A stretch of 64,000 nt of DNA. It comes from Ophelia neglecta (Eukaryota). The stretch lies in the NCBI GenBank assembly GCA_965285935.1, contig OZ260664.1:92442001-92506000 (forward strand). The letters are read 5' to 3'. Made by a program: the position numbers and the translations under genes. This document shows positions 8,991 to 21,700 of the stretch, in pieces (within the stretch, counting starts at the first letter, position 1; each line of letters opens with the position of its first letter). Under the pieces are notes generated by a model. That model saw only the letters and a program-made list of their open reading frames with translations. It was not told where the DNA came from and ran no database searches.

Positions 8991-11900
8991 TTGATATATT
9001 TGTACAGAATCAAACATCATTTTGACATTATGGGTTGTTTTTATCAACTAAATGAAACATACTTTCATCGCATTTTTTGTATGCAACAATTCTATCGTAG
9101 ACACCAACTGTTATTGTCCCCAGCTCACTTAACCACATATAAATGTTCAGTTCCCCCCATCCCCCTTATTGAACAATTAGCCAGCCTGATGATAGACACT
9201 GCGGGACTAAATCAAATTGTAAGTTTGTACAATTATGTGAGTAGTAATTAACAACAAGACGTTTGTAGGTATCATTATCATTGTTTTTTTGGAACCAAAG
9301 ACGAGCGAATAAATGTGACCATTGAACACAAGCATTATTTTACAAACCAAAAAAGCACGTTTTCATTTTTCCATGTCGATTATAACATTGGGCTCCATAT
9401 TGTGCACCAATAGCAAAATATTCTAAGAGTTTTCCGCCAATTTGAATTGTGCACAAGTATATAATACCTAACATGTATATCTTAACAAAGCTTGTCAATT
9501 TTTTGTTTATGGCGGCACATGACCTTGATGGATTAGAATGTGAGGCGGAAGCAATTCCACGAATCAATATGAATTCCAAGTAATTTGTGGAAGGTAATAT
9601 TTCTGCATTGCATCCTTTATGATGGAAATGGCGTTAACAGTATGATATATAACGTTGTCCTTGAATCATAATGCCATGAAAGCCTCAAAATCTGATAAAT
9701 GTCATACAACATGTCTATTCCACACAAAAATAAAGTTACCTTAGTGCCAATGCTGTTGTTCGATTAGTCGGTGCGATTTGATCACGGAGCGTAAGGGAAT
9801 TTCCTTTGTTTGATCTAAAAAAAATAATGAATACATGTCGTATATATATAGCAGCTGTTGTTGGCAAAAGCCACCAGATGATACGTTGCGTCAAAAACGT
9901 TGCGTGTCAATAACATTTGCTCAGCATGAGATGCTCTGTATGCTATTTGAAATGTACTTTTTTAAATATTTCTCGAATAGTTACTGGCGATTGCATTTGA
10001 AAACATATTTTTGCAAGTTTATAGGCAAGGATTGATATATGTTCAAAGCTAATACTAAGCAGTAGTGATTTATTCATAAACCTATCCAATGACAGTCACC
10101 AACAGCAAGAATGTTACTAAAAATAGTATGTTTCTTTACTCCTGATCACCAAAGCAGCATACGTTTAATAGAATTAGCACACCGAGTAGATATGTAGATA
10201 AATACAGCTGTGATTTATTTCAGGACACGTTCCTTGAAAGGTCCTCAAGGGCCAAAAACTATACCCAACCAGGGACTTCCTCGGTCTTATAAAATGAGAT
10301 TAATTAATCCTAAAAACATGTTACCATATGGTTAAACCAGAGAACTATGTCTCGCTCTAACGATTCCGGCTTACTAAAGACCACTGGATAGTTTTATCAT
10401 TTCTAAAGAGCTAGAAACGTGAAATAACAAGTAATTTATTATAATGTATCGGGTACACTTAGATCCATAAACTTGAGCAACTGATATGCAAAATACGTTG
10501 AGGATTTACAATCCAAATGATACTGTATGTTTATACTTGATCATCATATGACTTATCCGGAGAGAAAAATGTAATACTTCTATGTCTAATTCTCCACACA
10601 ATAACATGAATGTCCCATGGACTAAGACTGTGACTGTGAATCACAATAATAGTAAATGGTATCCAGTCATATTTCAAGACTATGGAATATCTGCGGAGAA
10701 ATGTACAAACACAAGGTGACTTTTTATAATCATAGGTATATACGCTAAAAACACTAGAGGCATTTTCATAATCTTTGCAACACAGATCAATTAATTCGAA
10801 CATTGCCAATATACATTAAATGCACATGCAAAGCCTCAGTTTCTATACTAAATATTCCCATCAACGAAAATTAAATATAAACACAATAGAGACAGGATAT
10901 ATTCTTCGAAATGGTATTTTTTATTCGTTCTTTTCCGCATATCCCAAAGAATGAACATTCATTACTACACACATATATTAACATATCACTGAAATTCCAT
11001 GAATCTGTTGAAACATTCAATTAAGCGATTTTTTCTAATCTAGAATGTTTCTGTGTCTTCGCGTGAATAAACAAAAATTGGCGTTCTCGTGCTGATTTTA
11101 TCTCTTATTGTTCTTTGAAACCAAAGTACAGCATCTGATTGGCAAAGATTGTTAATCGCGCTTCCTCCAAGGTCGCGAGTCACTGAACAAAAGGAATGAT
11201 ACGTCAACAGAGTTTTCACAACACCCGAAAGGCGGATGTTCCTGTTGGGGTTTTTCTAGATCTGGAGTGTTACAAATTAATGGCAAGGCCATTCCACATG
11301 GGGTTAGGGACACCTACCTTGAGAACTGGGGACATAGGGCACAGGAGAAGCCTATTGACACTATGTTGAGGACCGATTATCAATACAGTACCAACAAAGG
11401 TTCACTGTTTACTTTTAACCATATGGGCCGTAAACAAATAAGCCACTTCTAAATGTATTATGGCTTTGAGATAATGGAGGTATATACCATTAGTAACTGT
11501 CTTCTCCTCTGCCTCTTCCCAATACAGAAAATATTTCCCCTTTAGACTACTGACAAGGTGATCATATTACATAAATAAGTTGAAAATTAATGGGATGTAC
11601 CAATATGTAATGAGTTTATTACACTAAAACAATAAATATTTATTGCTTTCTCTCTCCTGCTAATCAATAAATCATAAAAAATACTTCTGTCTGATAAAAA
11701 ATCTTTATATTGACATAGGTAGGCACCCGATAGGATCCTCGAAGTACTTCTTCGGTAACTTATATTTCTACTGCCAAGAAGTTGACTTATTTCTGACATT
11801 TACACATTTAAAGTCGAACATTAAATATATTATAAGGTAGATTCGTCCACCTCTGAGGGCCTTGAAAATTCATGAGATTTGCTGCAATTTAAGGCACCGA

Positions 11901-12698
11901 TTTAATAAAGAAATATTGTATGTTCCAACCCGAAACAGTAGTAGTAAATTCGATGGATCTGCGGGTGGAATGTTGGCAACCTTTAAGTGTTGGTAAGCGT
12001 TTAGAACAAAACTTTTGGTACATGGCCTGCAAAAGGGAAAACAAAGCTGCCCCCTACATGGAATAACACCTTTTATTGATGTCACTCACCTACAGAACCT
12101 TTCATAAACAAAGTCGTTTTCCTGTGCTTACCATAGGCAACAATAATCTTAATCCCATAAGGCAACTCTAATATGCTACCATAACCGAGCAACGAAGCAA
12201 TCGTTTATCACATACCTTTCTGTAGCATGATTGGAGGGTGAGTAGGATATCGATTACAAGTTACCTGTCTTCGCTGTGATTAACTGCACAATGGCTGTCC
12301 CAATAGCACGTGGATATCCAGGAAAGAGTTGCACCAGCGCCCCGCATAGAAGTAATATACCATTACATCTAGACGGTATTATTAATTATGGCATTATCTA
12401 CTTATCCATATATTGAAAATACTATTATCCATCTTACATGTTACTTACAGTGGTGGAGCCACAAAATATGTTGTCGCTTCTGCGATTAAATACATTTTTA
12501 GCTGTCTTCTCGTCTGCCAATTCTCAATTAAGGCAAATAATTACCCCTTTTGATTAATATTAAAGCAAACTGACAAGGTTATCATATTAAATTATTCAGT
12601 TGTCGTGCAAAGGGAATGTACGACAATGAAATAAGTTTATTACCCTCAATACCAAACGCATTTATTGTTATCTCCATTCTGGTAATAGCTACATCTTT

Positions 12699-12831
12699 AA
12701 GGAGTGTATATTGGCAGGGGGAGTTTCCCGATCCCCGAGTTCTCGCGCGGCTGGGTCTCGTGATATGGGTCTGATCATGTGGGTCTGGTCATAGGGGGCA
12801 ACGCGACCCCATGAGACAGCGTACGCCCCTA
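12699..12831. mobile_element. Degenerate GC-rich MITE relic (AGGGGCGTA-type termini)
   Basis: Right end TACGCCCCTA, degenerate left end AAGGAGTGTA, internal GGGGGCAACGCGACCCC. No TSD recovered. Confidence 0.3.
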
Positions 12832-13900
12832 CCTGAATGTACATACCACTTGCACAATGAAACTTTAGCGTACTTCTACTCACTCTTTGAGGCGAGCATT
12901 TCTTATATTCTGAGTAATACTGTGCGGGGGCGGGGGGATTTATCTCCTCCCCACCACTCCGCTTGCAATCAAAAAGGATAGTTCTACCGCAATATTCACA
13001 AAAAAAGCCAATACAAATCTCAGGCCCCTTCATTGCAATTTTGGCCGTGGCGGACAAGCTATGCGAACGACAACAAAGATACTTAGAGCCACGAACATTG
13101 ATATCCGCAGGGAACCGCCTTACCAGTTACTTTTGCCACTCACAGTATAACCGAGCCAACCCCCCCCCCCCCCCCCAGGTACTTAGCCACGCACTGCTTA
13201 ATACCGTGCGAGCTGAATTTATTTAAAAGGAACTAACATTAATACCTGCCGAACGCCAAAAACAGAAACCAACTGGAACTTCCAATGTGTTGCCTAAATT
13301 ATACAGGCAATTTTACTATTAGTCTGGAAACAATTCTATGTAATAAGCTTGAAATAAGTTGGACGGAGTTACCACTTGCAAACCCGAATATTCTCACCAG
13401 CCCTATTTGGTTTGTACTGTACTCTACATTATTTATCAGTCTTATGTACAGTCATGGCGATTAATAGCACCAATAGCCCTAATATATTCATTCTAATCAG
13501 TGTCTTGGTATAAGTTCCCTAGTTATACAATTCTTATGTTTGCCGCTCCAATATAAACTTTAATATCTTACTCAACCCGCCAACTTACACAACTCAGTAA
13601 AGTCTCATTCCATCGAGGACATTTCAGATTCTCCAAAAAACCTGAGTCAAACCACTCAAAGAGAAATTTGGCCATAATATTACATTATCAGTTCAATAAG
13701 TATAGAAGCTGGAGTCATTCAGGCTACAAAAGCACTAACACTTTTCATACCACTAACTAGCAGACTTCAACGGCAGCCCAGAATACCAAAGTACCAAATG
13801 ACCCTTTCAATGCATAAGTAATGCAATACTAGTAGCTGAGAGGATATTCCAGGGAGACGACATACCACCCGTTTTAGACTAGAAGGTAGTGTAAGTCAAT

Positions 13901-14191
13901 GAAATTCAGGTCATCCGAGAGGAAACACTTTCATCCGACCAAACAGTGCAATAGCACATTGAAGTTCAGGCCACCCAGGTAATAATTAGATCAACTTGCC
14001 CCCATTATTCCACAAAGTAACACATTTCAAACAATTAATCACAGAATTTGCCGGGATTGCAGGTCACCCAACAGTGAACACCTATTAACCTCTCAATATG
14101 GTTATAACCCATTGGAAATGCAGGTCACCAAAGGGAATACACCTTTCAAACCACATTAGTCCAATATCATAGTGGAAATTCAGTTAACCCA
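13901..14191. repeat. Degenerate ~60-bp tandem repeat (core GAAATTCAGGTCACCC), about 5 copies
   Basis: Cores at 13908, 13968, 14061, 14122 and 14182 (spacings 60, 93, 61, 60). Several units share a downstream ACACxTTTCA motif. Confidence 0.7.
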
Positions 14192-17100
14192 ATGCATCTT
14201 GCCTGTTTTTAAGCGGGAGAAACTTATATGTTAGACAATTGAGAAAACAAACACTTTTAACGAATTGTATTATTCCAAATAATACCTTGTGTTTCGAATC
14301 GTTTCGCATAATGAAGGGGCGAGTGCCTTTCCCGGACAGGAAGCAACAGAAAACAAGCTTTGTGTCACAATAAGTTGTGTATTTTATGCAATTATCGAAA
14401 GTTTCAACATCTCTCGCTCTGACCTGTCACCATCTGCCAACGCCGAAGCGATGCCTGCTCTGACATATTTTGATGCCAATCCGTGGGCTGACAGCGGAGT
14501 TTGCCGAGGAGGGTCGAACGAGGCTGATGGAAAACTGCCCCACGACATTTTTTCGGTTTTCCGCAGTGTTCGTGCCGGGACGCGCCCATGCAAGTGTGCG
14601 TGGATTGGTTAGAATTTTCCAGAATTACGCGGCCGATTTGCCGCCTTGGATATAGGATTCTGTCACGACATTGACCGCACCAAGTATATGTTTACAGGGT
14701 GGGATCATCAGTGACAGATACGATGAACATCTTTACCATCATATCTAAGTAGCAGAGCCTAAACTGGCTACATCAGCTGGCCCAATATGGTTACCCCTGG
14801 ACTAATACTTTGCTGAAGCTTTGAGCCACATTTGAAATGGCGAACATGCTCATGTATAACCATGAATTGGAAAAGATAATCGTAATGTTAAGTTTTAGCC
14901 AAAAATTCAAGCGGATGTTATTACAAGGCACCAGGCAGAACATGGATAGTTAGTTATAACATTTTGCTCGACTTCACGCATTGCTGGTGCACATTTCTCT
15001 ATTCTATAAAAATGTTGACATTAACTTTCTCAAAAATCAACCTTTAAATTCGTTTGCAACAGTTTGTTAATCAATTTCGACCCACCAGATAAATGTAAAT
15101 ACTTGTCATCATTATATTCACTGATCACATTATTATACACATTTTCTAGAACACAAATGGAAATGTATTTACGAAATAAGGCTTCTCTGCAAGGCCACAA
15201 CGTTCAATGCCACTTAAATATTCATCTCCTTGGTATAAACAAACTTTCTTCGCAATCCTTGACATTTAAGATCTTTGACTTCATCTCTACCCTCTGCACT
15301 GGATAGTTTGCGAGCACCAAATCCATCGTAAAAAGGAGATTGGACCGACCGGCAGACAAAGCCAAATCATTTATCTAGAAAATACATAAATCGGTCCATA
15401 CTCAACATGAACTAGCAGCCCATCTACGCGCACAGCAATACATCGATCCACAGCACCCAAGCAGTAAACACTTTTGTAATACCAATATAAAATCTCAATG
15501 AATGGATCGCTGAATAAATAACGGCAATATATCTGCCGATTCGTATATCGAATACGATATAAAGTACAGAGAAAGTACAGCTTACACACTCCTTGCCTAC
15601 TGCTCTTTCTGGGCCTGTACAACCAGATATGCTTTAAACGCAAGCTAAGGTGCCATTTTACCATCTATAGGGGTATTTCTATGTATCACTTAAAGTTATA
15701 TTGAATTGTTGGCTTGCCTTTATTTATGCTATGTATTTTTAAATATTTCATGTTGGGCCGCTAGACCGACGCATTATCGATTATGTTGGAACCCCGCTAG
15801 AACCATTTAAACCATTTATCAAGCTACTTGGTAGTAAAACGTGTAAGGGAGATCCTATCTGTCGCCACCCATGACAATATAAGCATTTAATAGAAGCCAG
15901 AACTTTGCCATTATGAAATAATTTTGTTAGGAGATAAAAAATTTATTGTATTAGGGGTAACATTTTAACCTAATCATTTATTGCAATACCCAAGTATTGA
16001 TATTATCGTATGTTAATATTATCATGTATCAATCCTCGCTTTATGAACGCCAATATTTGGTGATGAAAATTGGTTCAAATTAATGGACGATTGTTCACGG
16101 TCTAAGGGAACTACACCGGAGACGGCCATCAAAACAAGGAACTATCGAACGATCCCTCATGACATTTCCCGATTAACTTCAAGTCACTATCGATGAAAGT
16201 ATCCCTTAAGCGCATTAATACTGTGCCATGATTGAAGTCATATCGAGAGACAAAGGAAGTGATTACCTTTATCTGTTCTCATAGATCATGTATTTATAAT
16301 GCTTAATTAGGAGTTTGTTATAACTCTCATGGTTCGGTTTCAATACAGCGCCTTAACACAATGATTGCTCATTAAACAATGACATGCATATCCTAGATTG
16401 ATATTTTATCTCTCCTATTTCCACTCATTCGGTAACCAAGGTATTATTAACGGTGAATCATCGTATTGATCGTAGAGTGTGAGAATCATGATGGGTGAAA
16501 AAACACTGAACACAAGTAAGCGCTGAATAAAAAGATAAACTTGAGGCTTATGAGCACACGCCCAAGAGTTATCTTTAAGGCCACCGTTAATTATGATTTT
16601 ATTCGCCCGATTCAAAAAAAAACTTTCATGTATATCAATACATACTAGCAGCTGCAAGTACAATAAGGGAAACGAGTATACCCAGCAGACAAAGTAACAT
16701 CATTAGTCGAAAATATTCCATAAAAACGGTCCGAAATCATCAGCAGCCCCCAGACATCAATAAATGAATCTCTAGCACTAACAGGGTAATTATATTTTAA
16801 TGCAAATAATAACTATTGATAGCCCCAACTTGATATCTGTTGAAATGAGAGTGATCACCAGTTTACCATGGTTCGGATCAGGACAAAAAACACACGTTTC
16901 GGTGCTCAAAGACCAAAAGGTTAATAAACTTGTACTGCAAATAATAGTCAATGATTAATATAATCGTTAGCACTTGGAATGGAAAAAAAAACACATTTTT
17001 TTATGATATGGGTCATAACACTAAACAAACTAAACAAAGTCAAAGTCAAGACTGTATTGCCCCATTCATCTGGCAACTATTTGCTGACTTAATTCTAGTG

Positions 17101-17420
17101 CAATTATACAATGCATGCCATATCAGGTGCATCTTATGTACAGTACACGTTTCGTTGTTACAAGCAGCCCTTTATTTGGGCATTGAAAATTGAAGAAATT
17201 ATAACAAAAATATGCTATTATATATATAAGTATTATCAGCGAACACTGAACCCACAACAGTCGCCTATCAGTCTTGATTAGCATTGCAATGACACTTTCT
17301 GTTTATCCCTTTGGTGCTACAAGAGCGAATACTATAAAGTCATGTGCGTACCGAGTGTGAACTTCCCGTAGGAATGCTGGATTAAGGCGATAGTTACGTG
17401 ATATATATCACATGTGCTTT

Positions 17421-17566
17421 CATTCGTTGTGTAATTCTATGGCTACAACGGAAATTCCTAATTCAATTGAACATCGTATATAATATATATCGCATTTTCG
17501 TCCAATCGTTGTGCAATTCTATGGTTGAACAGATAATTCCTAATTCAATTGAACATCGTATATAAT
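17421..17566. repeat. Tandem duplication, ~82-bp period
   Basis: TCGTTGTG.AATTCTATGG...AATTCCTAATTCAATTGAACATCGTATATAAT occurs at ~17421 and ~17503. Confidence 0.9.
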
Positions 17567-18627
17567 GAAGATAGTGTATTTAATAACCGACGTTAGAACG
17601 CTTTTAATAAAGCGTTCCTGTTTGTGCCTACCGATTTAACGAAATGTGAAATCGGATTTAATCGCTTTTGAATTGTATACCACATACCACTGTGATTTAT
17701 CATAGTATATTATCATCCATCACGGTTCTCTTCCTTCTTCTAAATGATCATGTTTTCAGACACAAGATATCTAATTACAGCACCCGTTTACCTCCCATTA
17801 CCAAAATCTGTCAGGCCTTAACATCAAATTGAAGAGTTTATTGCTAGATTGGTCATTCGTGGCATACTTCATCCCTATCCTACGTTTCTCATTATATTCC
17901 TCGTGGGCTTTGAGCTTTGACTTGCTTCATGGAAAACGGTTAACTAATTCCAAATGCCAGTTATATCGATTATTTTTCGTGCAAGACTTATTAGCACTTA
18001 AGAAAATGGGGATATATCTTTAATGGCCTGCATCAAAAGGTTCTCGGCGGTTTCTTATTGGTGGACTATTCTTGAATAATAGGTTTTGTTTGTCTTTCGG
18101 GTATTCATTCCCTTTTTACGTATAATTATCAAGTTTGAATCACTTTGTAATTAAATATTTGTATATAGGGCGGTAATGGACAGTTTTGTTAGAAAAACTT
18201 GCTGCGAAGCATCCCCATTTAAACTATTTGCCTTAAAGTAAGTCATTTTTCCCGAATGTTTGGCAAGCAGTTCCTTAACCGTAGTTACACACTATGCATG
18301 TGTATTGCACTGATTTCCTATGCTTATTCACAGTTTTTAGGAATGTTGTTGCACTGGCGCATTTGATAAAACTGAATAGTTTCCTAGCTATTTAACAACC
18401 ACGAATTTATCTAAAATACTTAGGGCTTAGGCCAATGGACTAGTTATTGTGCTTAGACATGAATAATTCCCAACGTGGTTGTCTATACAAGTCATGAAAC
18501 AGTACTGATCACGCCGTGATGGTTTCCATTATCGCCCAATTTCCAGCCCTCTTTGATGCGGTTTACAGCTGAGTGAGTAACTAAGGACGTTCTTACAGGA
18601 GTCAGTGCTCGGCCTGATCGTTCCATT

Positions 18628-18715
18628 TAAGGCTTGGGAAAACAATTCTGGAAGCTTCATTAGAGCATACAAGAAGTGGCCGACAGAGAGGGAGAACCCG
18701 TTCTATTATTTGACA
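18628..18715 (+). mobile_element. Possible decayed RTE-like LINE C-terminal fragment
   Basis: LGKTILEASLEHTRSGRQRGR resembles the RTE ORF2 tail motif KTILxGxxEGxRxRGRxR. Short and frameshifted. Confidence 0.25.
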
Positions 18716-21700
18716 TATTGCTAACGTGACTTGGGTACAGTCTCCGATAGACATCTGACGAGTGCATCAATAGCTGCCATGAGAAATGGATTCGTCTTCA
18801 CTAAGTTGACTAGGTGCTATTTTTGTCACTGATTGGGTAGGAATAAAACTTTGTTTTTCTTAGTGTTTGTGCGAAGCTTTAAGGTAGGGATTCCTTCGTA
18901 ACTGTTTACTAGTTCCCAAGAAACCAGGTTTGATTGATAAAGTATTATTTGGTAGCGAGCTCTTTGTGCCAAGATAAAACTCGTGCCAATCCAGGTTACT
19001 CGCTTAAAATCACGATCAACGATGTCTGATATCAGCACGTTATATAGTTAAGGCACCGCTTTAAGGATATGGTGTGTACAGTGATGTGACAGAGATGCAA
19101 TACCACTACATTTCTTTTGGTCCAGCAAAGTAAAGATCCGAGTATGAATATTCACGCTGCAAATACTAAAATAGTACATGTTCGTGCAATACATTGGCGC
19201 TTTTAGGGCATCATACATTTTTTCGTTATCCAAAAGCCATACATGAAAAGACATTACATCAGTCTGACTACATATACAGGTATCTGATACCATAATACCC
19301 GACTGAAGTGGCATCATGTATCTTATGTCTAGGCAAGTATTTGTGTTATAAAACTCTGGATGTAGGGGATGAATGTCGAACTATATACTGACCCCATGTC
19401 AATATAAACACCCCGTAAGTCATTCGACCTTGCATATCATAGAAAATGCGGCAGTGGAAATTATAATAATAATAGTACCAATCCTGCTATGACCAAATAG
19501 TAACATATATACGGATTGTTTAATTAAAAACATCAATCATAATTAAAAGAAATTTCTTCTTCAGTTTAATACTTCTAGCAGTGGAAATACATTTAAACTT
19601 ATACTTTATTTGTAAATTATATTGATCACTGATAATAATCACAGTTGCAAATCAAATACATTATCAGCAAAAGCGTGAGGAAACAGGTGATTTTTAAGTT
19701 TCTTTTAATGAACTTAACCAACAATATCTTCTATTAACTCTTATTGTTAGTTTCTTATCTTAAATGTAAACCTGTTTTGGCCACATGGCCACATGCGACG
19801 GATAGGTGCAACTGCTACAGATTTCAATGAACTCATTTTACCCATGATCTAGTGTGACCCCAATTGGCAGCACGTCCATTAGATTGGACAAGGTTGCCTT
19901 CCAATAACTGGGTGCGACGCCTGCAGGTACCGTGTTTCACGATGGGGTTAACCTTTTTGTGCCTAACAAGTATTGAATGTTGTTTGCATACATGAAGTTA
20001 TTCATAATGTGTTCCGGCATAGTTCCATTCGCCCATTGAGCAAAATCACACATGTTTCTATAATCAACCTAGTATTTATTTCTTTATGATGACTTCTTTC
20101 TCACATCCATTAAGAGTAAATACAGTTGTTATGAAGCGATCAGCGGCATCCTCTGGGCTAGGCTTGTGTCTGGCTAGAAGGGCAATGTTTCAGTGTCAGC
20201 AGGAGTCTACAAGGTCTGCCAGCTGACAGCAGCGCCGACGGGAAACCGGGTTTAAGGTCAACCAATACATATTTATATTTTTAGAATCGCTATCAGTTTA
20301 CCGTGCCAGTGAATATTTTTGACATGGGATACGAGGGTTTGGGGCTGGGGCTTTCAACAAACAGCTGAGCTGTCCAAATACTTGATATTGTGTGACAGGC
20401 CATAATTAAGTACAAATATACTTGTATGCGTTTACTGTATTTCACTTAACATATCATACTGGTAGCATTGGTATAACAATCATATATCATGATGTCATAA
20501 AAGCAGTAGGTCAAGGGTCATGGCGAAAGTGGACACCCAACAGACGAAGCAAAATTATTAATAAAGAATAGCCCAGAATGATCACCAAAAGAAGTGCAAG
20601 CCCACAGTCATCAATCTCAATTTTTTTAACTTTATATAAAATTAATAATTACAAACTTAAATTGGAAATAACTGATCTAAAAGTTGTATAATAGCCAGCA
20701 AGTGTTTCACCCTGGCTTGGCTCGATGCCATAAAGAACGTTATGTGAAATAGCCCAATGCAGTTTTATAATTGGCCATTTGTCTGTACTAAGACTACGGT
20801 GCGCGCTAAATTATTAACACAGGCTCTCATTCATTAAGTAATTATTGTTTTGTTCTTCTTTAAGAAAAACATTAACTATTGCTGCAATCTTTATCCATGT
20901 ATTTGATCAAATCACATGAAAGGTAAGGGCAGTTAAATTTTCCCACCAGGCAGGCTTCGTAGCAAATATTTAAGTGCGACGTGGTTGTCTTAGCAATTAA
21001 TCAACCACGAATAATGCTCACGCCTGCCTTAAAATTAGTTTTGTCATTGAGAAGATTCCCAGCAGACCGACCTCAATGTACAAGGACCGGAAGGTAATGT
21101 GCAAATGATGTCCATGTGGCGGAAGCAGCCGTGAATGGGCAACCGTTCCCATAGGCGCGAACAAAGACAGGGATCTTACGGTCTTGCGGTCACATGTATG
21201 CTTAAAATGATGGCCGTGCAGTCATAGTACGACTTGAACGTATAGAAAATGTGAATGAATACTTGGTAATCAGGTAGAAATCAATTCACTTCTTTTACAA
21301 AAATGGTGTTATTAATTCGCCAGGTTAATTTGCCATTTGTAATTTCACAGATGATATTCCACTAGTGTATCCATGAATAGCCCAAACCTTGAGGACTTTT
21401 AGCATGTTATAAGTGATTCCATCAAGGTTCAAGTCAGTATACAGTCTTTGACTCTCTCGTAGACTATTCCTGATAATGTTTTATTGCATATTTTTCTTAT
21501 CGCATACTCAGTAAAAGAACATTTGGATTTTGCTCTGAATCACATGGGAAAATGTTGATTACTTCTTAGTGCAACTATGTAACGTTCATTTCATTTCCAT
21601 TTAATGTCTGTTCGTTCGGAGCGTTCGCAGCTCGAATGTCTTGTGTTGGTGATTTTGAGACGGAATAATGTAGTCAAATTTAAATTTCAGAACACAAATT

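Noticed and set aside
13160-13176. Poly-C/G runs (also ~21739, ~25133, ~51895, ~55311 and ~62612)
   Set aside because: Simple homopolymers, probably MITE remnants, with no further structure supportable.
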